NCBI GenBank assembly: GCA_041658985.1
Contig: JBAZZC010000003.1
Location: 10,540 to 74,539 of the forward strand
Direction of reading: 5' to 3'
Length of the DNA stretch: 64,000 nucleotides
Source of the DNA: Minisyncoccota bacterium
GTDB lineage: Bacteria; Patescibacteriota; Minisyncoccia; Phycocordibacterales; DATDWN01
The first letter of the stretch is position 1. Each line of letters starts with the position of its first letter. The notes under the pieces are model-generated. The model ran no database searches, had not been told where the DNA came from, and was given only the letters and a program-made list of their open reading frames with translations. The translations under genes and the position numbers were made by a program. Below are positions 48,716-57,821 of the stretch, piece after piece.

Positions 48716-49300
48716 ATGTCCTATCACATTTACACCACAGATGGAATAATTTTAAAACGCAAAACATTTGGAGAAGCCAATGTCTTGTTACATGTTTTAA
48801 CTTATGATTTAGGTTTAATTATTGCTTCGGCTCAGGGGGCCAGACTGTCTTCTTCTAAGCTTCGTTCGGCCCTTCAAGAATATACACTTAATTCCATCTC
48901 GTGCGTTAAAGGTAAAAATGGATGGAAAATGACAAACGCTGTAGAAAAAGAAAACTTCTTTTTTAATTATCCTGCTTATTCTCACAAAACTTTGTCCCAA
49001 GTTGGCTTTGTCTTATTAAAGATGATTCCTGGAGAATCTCCCCACAAAGAAATTTTTCAAACCATAAAGACAGGTTTTGAATTTCTGAAATTTTTGCCGG
49101 AGAAACATGTATCAGATTTTGAGGTTTTGATTGTTTTGCGTATTTTACATCAGCTTGGATATGTAGAAAACAAAAAAGACACAGATAGCTTTTTAGAAAA
49201 TAATGAAGAGTGGAACGAATTAATTCTTGAAAAAGTACTAAAAAACAAGAAAAACATCATTCCAATAATAAACAAGGCCCTAAAGGAAAGTCAGTTATAG
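48716..49300 (+). CDS. recO: DNA repair protein RecO (short form)
   Basis: T.GIILK...GEAN....LT.DLG.I...AQG.R...SKLR. Confidence 0.85.
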   Translation: MSYHIYTTDGIILKRKTFGEANVLLHVLTYDLGLIIASAQGARLSSSKLRSALQEYTLNSISCVKGKNGWKMTNAVEKENFFFNYPAYSHKTLSQVGFVLLKMIPGESPHKEIFQTIKTGFEFLKFLPEKHVSDFEVLIVLRILHQLGYVENKKDTDSFLENNEEWNELILEKVLKNKKNIIPIINKALKESQL

Positions 49301-49333
49301 TCAACGTTTAAATTGTTGTGGTATAATATTTGG

Positions 49334-51229
49334 ATGGAATTCGAAAAAAGCAGTATAGAGCGTCTAAAAAGGACTTTATATTCTAGAAATGAAAATGTTG
49401 TTCCGAAGGAAAAACGTACTCCTGTTTCTGGTAAAGAAGTCAATGCCCCTACCGACTGGGGCACAAAACCATCTTTTGATATTCCAATTGACGATACCAT
49501 GACCAAACGAAATCATTCATTTTTTAACAAATTTCTAATTGGTTCTTTCGTTTTCTTTTTTGTTGCCCTTGCTGTGGCTGTTTTTATCTTTTTTGGAGGA
49601 ATGAATACCATTTCTTCCAACAACTTAAATATAAAAATAGTAGCTCCGAGTTCCATGTCTTCTGGAGAAGAGCTTCTGGTGGAGCTTTCTATTATAAATG
49701 ATAATCGTGCAGATTTAGAGCAGGTGGCCTTTTTCGTTGATTATCCAGAGGGAGCTTTGTCAGTTGGAGAAAACAAACCTTTGTCCCGTGATAAAGTAGA
49801 TTTGGGTGTTATTTCTAGTGGTGGCAGTAAAGATTATGTGGTTCGTGCAATATTGTCTGGCGAGAAAGAAACAGTTAAGACTTTTCATTTCAAAATAGAA
49901 TATAAAGTAAAAGGGTCAAATGCTGTTTTTTCAAAGGAAAAAACTTATGATGTCATAATTAGTTCATCACCAATCATTCTAGACGTTTCATATCCAAAAG
50001 AGATAAATTCTGGTCAAGAGGTAAACTTGTCTATAGATTTAATTTCTAATTCAAATGTGATAATTAAAAACTCTCTAATAAAAATTGAATATCCATACGG
50101 TTTTACTTATAAAAACTCAAACATAAAACCTTCAAGAGATAATTCTGTTTGGAATACAGGCGACCTGAAAAATGGTGATAAAAAAACTTTGCTAATTAAT
50201 GGTGTTTTGGTTGGTCAGAATTTAGAAGATAGGTCTTTCAAAATATCTGCGGGGACCCAAAAACCTGGAACAACAGTAGATTTTGAAACGCCATTAGCTA
50301 CTAGTGTGGTGACAATAGGAATACGCAAGTCATTTTTTGATCTTGTTATCGATTCAGAGCCTGTCTCAGTAATGGGTTATCTTATGCCAGTGACAATTAA
50401 GTGGCAAAATATTTTACCTGATAAGATATTGAACACAAACATAGTGGCAACAATCTCTGGGAATATTTTTGACAGAACAACTGTGAAAGCTAACGATGGT
50501 GGATTTTATAGGTCAGTTGATGATACTATCCTTTGGGACAAAAACAGTACAAGTAATTTAACAAGTATCTCTCCGGGTGATTCCGGTGAGGTCTCATTTC
50601 TAATTTCTTCTCTTCGAGATTCAATTCAGACTAAGTCAATAAAAAATCCACATATTGACGTAAATATAAAATCAACAGGAGACCGCTCTGGAACAGAAAC
50701 TGGAATAGTCTCGTCCAGTGAAAATATTACAATAAAAATTTCGTCATCCTTTGTGCTTACCGTCAAAGCTTTTCGTAATCTCGGACCGTTTAGTAATATA
50801 GGACCTATTCCTCCTAGAGCAGATAAAGAATCTACTTATACAGTAGTCTGGACATTGACCAATGCGAATAATGATCTGAAAGACACCTTAGTGACAGCTG
50901 TCTTACCAGCCGGAGTAGAATGGAAAAATGAAATTTCTCCTATCGGGGAAAAATTAAGTTTTAACCAGGAAACAAGAGTCTTATCATGGAATATAGGTAA
51001 TGTCTCCTTAGGTACAGGTTTCACTTATTCACCAAAGGAAGTTTATTTTAAAATTGGAATAATTCCAAGTGTTAGTCAAATTAATTCTATTCCAAATTTG
51101 CTTTCTAAAATTAATTTAATAACCACTGATACTTATACAGAAACACAACTAACATCTGATATTTTTTCGGTTACTACCCAGTATTCTGACCCAAGTTATA
51201 AAAGTGGTGATAATATGGTTGTGAAATAA
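49334..51229 (+). CDS. Hypothetical single-TM protein with repeated Ig-like beta domains
   Basis: One TM followed by about 4 beta-rich repeats (W..G.L..G). Confidence 0.8.
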   Translation: MEFEKSSIERLKRTLYSRNENVVPKEKRTPVSGKEVNAPTDWGTKPSFDIPIDDTMTKRNHSFFNKFLIGSFVFFFVALAVAVFIFFGGMNTISSNNLNIKIVAPSSMSSGEELLVELSIINDNRADLEQVAFFVDYPEGALSVGENKPLSRDKVDLGVISSGGSKDYVVRAILSGEKETVKTFHFKIEYKVKGSNAVFSKEKTYDVIISSSPIILDVSYPKEINSGQEVNLSIDLISNSNVIIKNSLIKIEYPYGFTYKNSNIKPSRDNSVWNTGDLKNGDKKTLLINGVLVGQNLEDRSFKISAGTQKPGTTVDFETPLATSVVTIGIRKSFFDLVIDSEPVSVMGYLMPVTIKWQNILPDKILNTNIVATISGNIFDRTTVKANDGGFYRSVDDTILWDKNSTSNLTSISPGDSGEVSFLISSLRDSIQTKSIKNPHIDVNIKSTGDRSGTETGIVSSSENITIKISSSFVLTVKAFRNLGPFSNIGPIPPRADKESTYTVVWTLTNANNDLKDTLVTAVLPAGVEWKNEISPIGEKLSFNQETRVLSWNIGNVSLGTGFTYSPKEVYFKIGIIPSVSQINSIPNLLSKINLITTDTYTETQLTSDIFSVTTQYSDPSYKSGDNMVVK

Positions 51230-51272
51230 GGAAAGTGGCGAGAATCTAGCATCTAAGTTAATATAGGGTATT

Positions 51273-52661
51273 ATGACTGAAAACAAGAATGACAGAATGG
51301 AAAAGATAGTCTCGCTTTGCAAGAGACGTGGTTTTGTTTATCCATCCTCAGAAATATATGGTGGTTTTGCCGGTGTGTATGATTTTGGACCAATGGGAGT
51401 TGAGCTTGAAAATAATCTCAAAACACATTGGTGGAAATGGATGGTTCATAAAAGACAAGATGTTGTTGGACTAGACTCTAGTATTTTTATGAGCCCACAA
51501 ATTTGGGAGGCCTCTGGTCATACTAAGGGTTTTTCTGACCCAATGGCTGAGTGTAAGGAATGCAATACCAGAATAAGAGTCGATAAGGTACTAAACGATT
51601 TAGGAATTTTTGCTGATGAAAAAATGTCCGAAGAAGAAATCAACAAGCTTTTTGATGAGAATAAATCAAAAATTAAATGTCCTAATTGTAAAAAGCAAAA
51701 TTTTACAAAAGTCAGGAAGTTTAATGTGTTGGTAAAGTCCAATCTTGGTGATTTTACTGAATCCAATTCTAGTCCGTCATATTTGAGAGGAGAAACTTGC
51801 CAAGGGATATATGTAAATTTCAAAAACGTTCTTGATTCACAGCATCCAAAATTGCCTTTTGGTATTGCTCAGATTGGTAAAGCATTTAGGAATGAAATTT
51901 CTGCAAGGCAGTTTCTTTTTAGACTCAGGGAGTTTGAACAGATGGAAATGGAATATTTTACAAGGCCAAAGGATGAAATGGGTGAATATGAAAAATTAAA
52001 AGAATATAGATGGAAGGCAATTTTAAGTCTGGGAATTAAAGAAGAAAATTTGCGATGGAAAAAACACGATAACTTGGTTTTTTACGCAAAAGAAGCATAT
52101 GACATAGAATACAACTTTCCATGGGGATTTGATGAACTAGAGGGGATTCATGCTCGTGGAAATTACGATTTAACACAACATTCTAGTGGGTCAGGAAAAG
52201 AATTGGTCTATCAAGACGAAGAAACAAATGAAAAATTTATTCCGCACATTGTTGAGTCGTCTGGTGGTGTCAGTCGGTTATTTTTTGCAATTCTTTGTGA
52301 CGCTTATCATGAAGACGAAATGGGCGGAGAGACTAGGATTCTTCTAAAACTAAAACCAAGTATTGCACCAATTAAGGTTGCTGTTTTTCCACTTCTAAAA
52401 AACAAACCAGAACTTGTAAATAAAGCCAAGGAAATTTTTGGTTTATTAAATGAAGAAATTCAACCGGTAACATTTGACGATAATGGAAACATAGGCAAAC
52501 GATATCGTAGACAAGATGAGATTGGCACACCATTCTGTGTGACGATTGATTTTGAAACAATTGAAAAAGATGCTGGAGTAACTGTTCGTAATCGTGACAC
52601 TGGAGAACAAGAAAGGGTTCCTGTTATTGAGCTAGTTTCATATCTTAAATCTAAAATATAA
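51273..52661 (+). CDS. glyQS: Glycine--tRNA ligase (homodimeric type)
   Basis: KRRGF....EIYGG, LR.ETCQG, AQIGKAFRNEI, REFEQME, IGKRYRRQDEIGTP. Confidence 0.96.
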   Translation: MTENKNDRMEKIVSLCKRRGFVYPSSEIYGGFAGVYDFGPMGVELENNLKTHWWKWMVHKRQDVVGLDSSIFMSPQIWEASGHTKGFSDPMAECKECNTRIRVDKVLNDLGIFADEKMSEEEINKLFDENKSKIKCPNCKKQNFTKVRKFNVLVKSNLGDFTESNSSPSYLRGETCQGIYVNFKNVLDSQHPKLPFGIAQIGKAFRNEISARQFLFRLREFEQMEMEYFTRPKDEMGEYEKLKEYRWKAILSLGIKEENLRWKKHDNLVFYAKEAYDIEYNFPWGFDELEGIHARGNYDLTQHSSGSGKELVYQDEETNEKFIPHIVESSGGVSRLFFAILCDAYHEDEMGGETRILLKLKPSIAPIKVAVFPLLKNKPELVNKAKEIFGLLNEEIQPVTFDDNGNIGKRYRRQDEIGTPFCVTIDFETIEKDAGVTVRNRDTGEQERVPVIELVSYLKSKI

Positions 52662-52793
52662 ATCCGAACACTAACTTTGGCATCGTTGCACATCTCCACA
52701 CGTAGATGTAAACGATAGTCTAGATGTAGATTCATATTTTGTATTAATACTCACTTAGCAACAAGGAGATAATGCCAAAGTTAGTGTGCGGAT
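52662..52793. mobile_element. Family-1 TIR element, copy 7 (132 bp); abuts glyQS stop
   Basis: ATCCGAACACTAACTTTGGCAT / ATGCCAAAGTTAGTGTGCGGAT; inner GTTGC..ATCTCC / GCAAC..GGAGAT. Confidence 0.87.
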
Positions 52794-52837
52794 AAGTTTT
52801 TACAAAACAAGATTTAGGTGGTACTATTGGCCTATGG

Positions 52838-52965
52838 ATCCCGTTAGAAATCCCTTGGTTGATTTGTAAAAAATGGATTTTAACGAGAAACCTAATTATT
52901 AAGATATATTAACTAATTAAATGCGGAAAGGCTTTAGTAAAAGGCTTTCCTATTTCTAACGGGAT
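52838..52965 (+). mobile_element. Family-2 TIR element (128 bp)
   Basis: Perfect ATCCCGTTAGAAAT / ATTTCTAACGGGAT; supplies ATG of the AI-2E gene. Confidence 0.78.
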
Positions 52966-54034
52966 GGATAAAGAGCAAGTCATTAGTATTAGTCTTGGTA
53001 CAATTATTAAGACAGTATTTGTTATTTTGTTTTTTGCACTCCTTTTTTACTTGAAGGATTTAGTTCTTGTGTTACTTTTGTCTATAGTCATTGCTTCTGC
53101 TGTAGAACCAGGGACACAATGGCTTGTTCGGCGCAGAATACCCCGTCTTTTTTCTGTGATTTTCATATATGTAGCCATTGCTATATGTTTTGCTGGTGTT
53201 ATCTTTTTTCTTTTAATACCACTACTTTCTGAATCAAGTGATCTTTTAAGAAATTTTCCAACCTATTTTAAGGCCGGAAGTATTTCTAATTCATTAAATA
53301 ATAACAACTTTTTTTCCTCACAATCAATAAACAGTTTTACGAACAGTCTAAATTTAGAACAAATTACTGAACAGATTAATAATATTATAAATGGTATATA
53401 TTCAAATACGTTCAATACCGTTGCTGTCTTTTTTGGAGGAGTCTTATCTTTTCTTTTAACGGTAATTTTGTCTTTTTATCTAGCCATGGAGGAAGACGGT
53501 GTTGGTAAATTTTTGAAAGCCATCTCTCCCATTAAACACGAAAAATACATAACTTCTCTTTGGAAAAGGTCTCAAAGAAAAATAGGTCTTTGGATGCAAG
53601 GACAGCTTATTTTGGCAATTATTATTGGAACACTTGTTTATCTAGGCCTACTAATCATTAATGTTCCCAATGCCTTACTTCTGGCCACCCTGGCCGCTGT
53701 TTTTGAGATTATTCCACTTTTTGGACCAATTCTTGCCTCAATACCGGCCATTGCAATTGCTTTTATGACTGGAGGAGTTTCTTTGGCTGCCCTTGTTGCT
53801 GGCTTGTATATTATTATTCACCAATTTGAGAATCAACTTATTTATCCACTGGTTGTCAAAAAAGTTGTTGGTGTTTCACCGATAGTTTCCATAATGGCGC
53901 TGGCTATTGGATGGCAATTAGCCGGATTTGTCGGTGTTATTCTGTCGGTTCCATTAGCTTCGGCCATTATTGAATTTTTTGATGATATTGAAAAGGATAA
54001 AATTGAGAAATTCGAAAAGATGAATGCTCAGTAA
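52964..54034 (+). CDS. AI-2E (PerM) family transporter
   Basis: Multi-TM; W..GQ, IP..GP, QFEN.LI.P.V..K.VG..P, G..G..L.VP. Confidence 0.92.
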   Translation: MDKEQVISISLGTIIKTVFVILFFALLFYLKDLVLVLLLSIVIASAVEPGTQWLVRRRIPRLFSVIFIYVAIAICFAGVIFFLLIPLLSESSDLLRNFPTYFKAGSISNSLNNNNFFSSQSINSFTNSLNLEQITEQINNIINGIYSNTFNTVAVFFGGVLSFLLTVILSFYLAMEEDGVGKFLKAISPIKHEKYITSLWKRSQRKIGLWMQGQLILAIIIGTLVYLGLLIINVPNALLLATLAAVFEIIPLFGPILASIPAIAIAFMTGGVSLAALVAGLYIIIHQFENQLIYPLVVKKVVGVSPIVSIMALAIGWQLAGFVGVILSVPLASAIIEFFDDIEKDKIEKFEKMNAQ

Positions 54035-54073
54035 GTCGAAAGTTTATAAAGTCTGTAAAGTCCATAAAGTAGA

Positions 54074-55513
54074 ATGCAAAAGAATTTTTATATTACGACC
54101 ACTTTGCCATATGTAAATTCAGACCCACACATCGGGTTTGCTATGGAAATTATCCGTGCCGATATAATTGCAAGAGCGAAAAAATTACAGGGGTTTGAGG
54201 TGTTTTTTAACACCGGAACAGATGAACACGGCCAAAAAATTTTGAAAGGAGCGGAAAAGGAAAACGAAGAAATAAAAAAATATGTTGATAAATATGCGGA
54301 ACGCTTCAGAGGTCTTATTGATTTACTTCAAATTTCTAACGACATTCATTTTATTAGAACAACGGATTTAGGCCACCAAAAAGCGGCAACACATTTTTGG
54401 AAAATTTGTGATGAAAACGGATTTATCTATAAAAAAGCATACAAGATAAAATATTGTGTCGGTTGTGAGTTGGAAAAAACTGACTCTGAACTTGAAAATG
54501 GTAAATGTCCTCTCCATCCTAATTCAGAAATTGAATTAATTGATGAAGAAAATTATTTTTTTAAGTTTTCTGCCTTTCAGGAAAAATTACTCAATCTGTA
54601 TTCAAAAAGACTGGATTTTGTAGTTCCTGATTTTAGGCAGAACGAAATTAAAATGTTTGTAGAAAGAGGGCTTGAGGATTTTTCTATCTCTCGATTAAAA
54701 TCAAAAATGTCCTGGGGAATACCTGTACCCGGAGATGACGAGCATGTTATGTATGTTTGGTTTGATGCATTGGTGAACTATATATCAACTTTAGGTTGGC
54801 CAGAAAACAAAGAAAACTTTGAAAAATTTTGGATGAATGGCACACCTATCCAATATGCTGGAAAGGATAATTTACGTCAGCAGAGTGCCATGTGGCAGGC
54901 CATGCTTTTGGCTGCCGATCTTCCTCTGTCACACCAGATTGTTATAAATGGTTTTTTCACAGGTGAAGGTGGGGTAAAAATGAGCAAAAGTATAGGCAAT
55001 GTTGTTAACCCCTATGATATTGTGGAGAAATATGGAGCAGAGGCTCTCCGATATTATGTTTGTGGTGAAGTCTCTATGTTTGAAGACAGCCCGGTCTCGG
55101 AAGAATTAATTAAATCATCTTATAACGCCAAATTAGCAAATGGTTTGGGTAATTTAGTTTCAAGAATAATGAAAATGGCTCAAGATAATTTGGATGAGCC
55201 AGTTTCAATCCCTGAATTTGAGGATATGCGTGAGTATTTTGGTTTACTTAATAAATATGAAATCGGAAAAGCTGTCCAAATGATTTGGACGGAGATAGGA
55301 GCAATGGATTTATTTATTCAAGAAAACCAGCCATTCAAAATAATTAAAACCGACAAAACAAAAGGCCAAAAAATGATATCTGATTTAGTTGTTCGGCTTT
55401 ATTCTGTTGCTAGAAAGCTCAATCCTATTCTACCAGAAACATCAGATAAAATTAAAAAACTTATAAAAGAAAATAAAGCTCCGGAGGTACCACTTTTTTT
55501 AAGAAAAGAATAA
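54074..55513 (+). CDS. metG: Methionine--tRNA ligase (no C-terminal tRNA-binding domain)
   Basis: YITT..PYVN..PHIG, GTDEHG.K, YVWFDAL.NY, KMSKS. Confidence 0.96.
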   Translation: MQKNFYITTTLPYVNSDPHIGFAMEIIRADIIARAKKLQGFEVFFNTGTDEHGQKILKGAEKENEEIKKYVDKYAERFRGLIDLLQISNDIHFIRTTDLGHQKAATHFWKICDENGFIYKKAYKIKYCVGCELEKTDSELENGKCPLHPNSEIELIDEENYFFKFSAFQEKLLNLYSKRLDFVVPDFRQNEIKMFVERGLEDFSISRLKSKMSWGIPVPGDDEHVMYVWFDALVNYISTLGWPENKENFEKFWMNGTPIQYAGKDNLRQQSAMWQAMLLAADLPLSHQIVINGFFTGEGGVKMSKSIGNVVNPYDIVEKYGAEALRYYVCGEVSMFEDSPVSEELIKSSYNAKLANGLGNLVSRIMKMAQDNLDEPVSIPEFEDMREYFGLLNKYEIGKAVQMIWTEIGAMDLFIQENQPFKIIKTDKTKGQKMISDLVVRLYSVARKLNPILPETSDKIKKLIKENKAPEVPLFLRKE

Positions 55514-55514
55514 T

Positions 55515-56348
55515 ATGTTCGAATATTTTGATATTCACTCACACTTGGACGTGTCAGATTTTGATTCTGATAGGGAAAACGAAATTAAAAAAATGAAGGA
55601 ACAAAAGATTGGCACTATCACAATTGGTGTCGATTTTTTATCAAGTCAAAAGGCCATAGAATTATCAGAAAAAAATGAAAATATTTTTGCCACCGTTGGT
55701 CAACATCCGGAAGACATAAACACAGATTCTGTTTTTGACGAGAGAATAAAGACTTTAGTTGCTAATGAAAGAGTGGTTGGCATAGGGGAGTGTGGTCTGG
55801 ATTATTTTTATCTTTCTACAAACACCGAATCACGTCTAAAAAATGAATATATAAAAGAAGTTCAGAAAAAAATCTTTGAAGAACAAATTAAATTATCTGT
55901 TGAATTTCAGAAACCGTTAATGCTCCACATTCGACCGAGTAGGGGTTCTCAAGATGCCTATGTAGATACTCTGAATATTTTAGAGCATTACTCAAAGACC
56001 TATGGAAAAAAATTAAAAGGTAATTCACATTTTTTTGTCGGGGAATTAGATACCCTCAGGCAATTTTTAGATATTGGTTTTACCGTCTCATTTACCGGCG
56101 TTGTCACATTTAGTCGTGATTATGATGAGTTGGTCAGGTATGTGCCAATAGATATGATAATGTCCGAAACAGATGCTCCTTTTGTCGCTCCGACCCCGTA
56201 TCGTGGCACAAGAAATTCTCCAGTATATATTACCGAGGTGGTTAAGAAAATTGCCGAGATAAGGGGAGAAAATTTAGACAAAATGAAGGAGGTTTTAATA
56301 AACAATACACTCAAATATTTTCCGGGTATTTCTGTGGTTGCGTCCTAA
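55515..56348 (+). CDS. tatD: TatD family deoxyribonuclease
   Basis: D.HSH, G.HP, IGECGLDY, ETDAPF. Confidence 0.94.
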   Translation: MFEYFDIHSHLDVSDFDSDRENEIKKMKEQKIGTITIGVDFLSSQKAIELSEKNENIFATVGQHPEDINTDSVFDERIKTLVANERVVGIGECGLDYFYLSTNTESRLKNEYIKEVQKKIFEEQIKLSVEFQKPLMLHIRPSRGSQDAYVDTLNILEHYSKTYGKKLKGNSHFFVGELDTLRQFLDIGFTVSFTGVVTFSRDYDELVRYVPIDMIMSETDAPFVAPTPYRGTRNSPVYITEVVKKIAEIRGENLDKMKEVLINNTLKYFPGISVVAS

Positions 56349-56373
56349 GTTCATTTATGATACTGTGACTCAC

Positions 56374-56889
56374 ATGGAAATAGATATAAAGAGACAAGGC
56401 GAAGCTATGATAAGCGATAAATTGACCATATACGAGGTCTCTTATTTACTTCTTCCATCCCTTGCCGTAGAGCAAGTTCCTGCTAAAGTAACAGCTCTAA
56501 AAAAGCTATTAACTTCTGTAGGTGGCCAAGTGATATCTGATGAGAGCCCAATTCTCATTGACCTCGCTTATTCAATGACCAAAGTTGTTCAAACTGTTCG
56601 CCACAAATGTACAATGGGGTACTTTGGGTGGGTGAAATTTGAAGTAAACAAGGAGGGGATAGAAGCAATAAAGAAAGGATTAGATATGGATAATGAAATC
56701 CTTCGTTATCTTATTATTAAAACTGTGCGCGAAAATACTCTTCTAAATGGCAAAATGAAATTGAAATTTGAAGATATTAAGAGACAAGGTGTTAGCTACG
56801 ACAGCGAAACAGTTGAAATGCCTGTTGTAGAAAAGGAGGCCACACCAGAGGAGATTGATAAGAGCATAGATGATCTTGTTATTGCTTAA
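56374..56889 (+). CDS. rpsF: 30S ribosomal protein S6
   Basis: YE...LL.P, LAY, GYF.W..F, ILRYLIIK; rpsF-ssb-rpsR synteny. Confidence 0.88.
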   Translation: MEIDIKRQGEAMISDKLTIYEVSYLLLPSLAVEQVPAKVTALKKLLTSVGGQVISDESPILIDLAYSMTKVVQTVRHKCTMGYFGWVKFEVNKEGIEAIKKGLDMDNEILRYLIIKTVRENTLLNGKMKLKFEDIKRQGVSYDSETVEMPVVEKEATPEEIDKSIDDLVIA

Positions 56890-56905
56890 TAAATAATAAA
56901 CTGCC

Positions 56906-57349
56906 ATGTATTTAAACAAAGCAATTATAATAGGAAATTTAACCAGAGATCCAGAAGTGAAAGCTATTCCTTCGGGGGTTAAGGTGGCTAGTTTTGGGGT
57001 GGCTACAAATCGAGTTTGGAAGGACAAGAATGGTGTTAAGCAAGAAAATGTAGATTTTCATAATGTAGTAGTTTTTGGTCGCCAAGCGGAAATCTGTGGA
57101 CAATATTTGAAGAAAGGTGGTTCTGTTTTGGTAGAGGGAAGAATGCAGACACGAAGTTGGGATGATGCTGGGGGTGTTAAAAAATACCGCACAGAAATCA
57201 TCGCAGACCGAATACAGTTTGGTCCAAAGAGAGATGCCCCTAGTGGAGCATACAGTGCTCCAGCCCCAACAGAAGACGAACATAAAAAAGCATTAGATAC
57301 TATAGAGTATCCGGAGGAAGAGATTAACCCCGAAGACATTCCCTTCTAA
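56906..57349 (+). CDS. ssb: Single-stranded DNA-binding protein
   Basis: [24 protein letters not shown]-terminal EDIPF. Confidence 0.97.
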   Translation: MYLNKAIIIGNLTRDPEVKAIPSGVKVASFGVATNRVWKDKNGVKQENVDFHNVVVFGRQAEICGQYLKKGGSVLVEGRMQTRSWDDAGGVKKYRTEIIADRIQFGPKRDAPSGAYSAPAPTEDEHKKALDTIEYPEEEINPEDIPF

Positions 57350-57369
57350 CTTTAAAAACTTTTAACTTC

Positions 57370-57585
57370 ATGAACTTTATGAACTCTAAGAAATGTTACT
57401 TTACTGAAAACAATATCAAATATATTGATTACAAAGATGTAGAGCTTTTAAAAAAGTTTCTTAATCCTCACGCTCGTATAATTTCTCGAAAGAGAACAGG
57501 AATCACCGCAAAACATCAACGCAATCTGGCAATGGCCATTAAGCGCTCTCGCTTTATGGGACTCTTGCCGTTTGTTTCTAGATAG
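57370..57585 (+). CDS. rpsR: 30S ribosomal protein S18
   Basis: IDYKD..LL.KF, I.SRKRTG....QR.LA.AIKR.R..GLLP. Confidence 0.96.
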   Translation: MNFMNSKKCYFTENNIKYIDYKDVELLKKFLNPHARIISRKRTGITAKHQRNLAMAIKRSRFMGLLPFVSR

Positions 57586-57713
57586 CTCTGGTCTTTTTGT
57601 CCGATTTCAGCGTTGGAATTTCAAAAATTCTCGTCACCGTACGTTTAGTACGGCTCCTCGCATTTTTTCATTCCGCCTTGAACTCGAACAAAAATCCTCA
57701 GAGTTTCATTTCT
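57586..57713. repeat. Long imperfect fold-back element with CCGTAC/GTACGG apical stem
   Basis: Nested complementary blocks CTCTG/CAGAG, TTTTTGT/ACAAAAA, GGAAT/ATTCC, AAAAAT/ATTTTT. Confidence 0.6.
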
Positions 57714-57734
57714 CGACCTATCAAAACTTGCGTG

Positions 57735-57802
57735 GTCGTATCTTTTTTGGAAACACAAACCCAGACGCTGGTCTGGGTTTGTGTTTCCAAAAAAGATACG
57801 AC
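57735..57802. repeat. Perfect 32-bp stem hairpin with 4-nt loop
   Basis: GTCGTATCTTTTTTGGAAACACAAACCCAGAC-GCTG-exact reverse complement. Confidence 0.92.
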
Positions 57803-57821
57803 GAGCTAAAGTTTTGAAAAA

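Noticed and set aside
2699-52793. Family-1 elements as a CRISPR array
   Set aside because: Repeats are inverted pairs dispersed over 50 kb, not tandem direct repeats, and no cas genes are in the window.
2699-52793. Family-1 elements as integron attC sites
   Set aside because: CACYAAC/GTTRGTG does not fit RYYYAAC/GTTRRRY in most copies, neighbours are core genes, orientations are mixed and no integrase is seen.
57572-57817. ORFs across the rpsR-efp intergenic region
   Set aside because: They span palindromic repeats and show no recognisable protein features.
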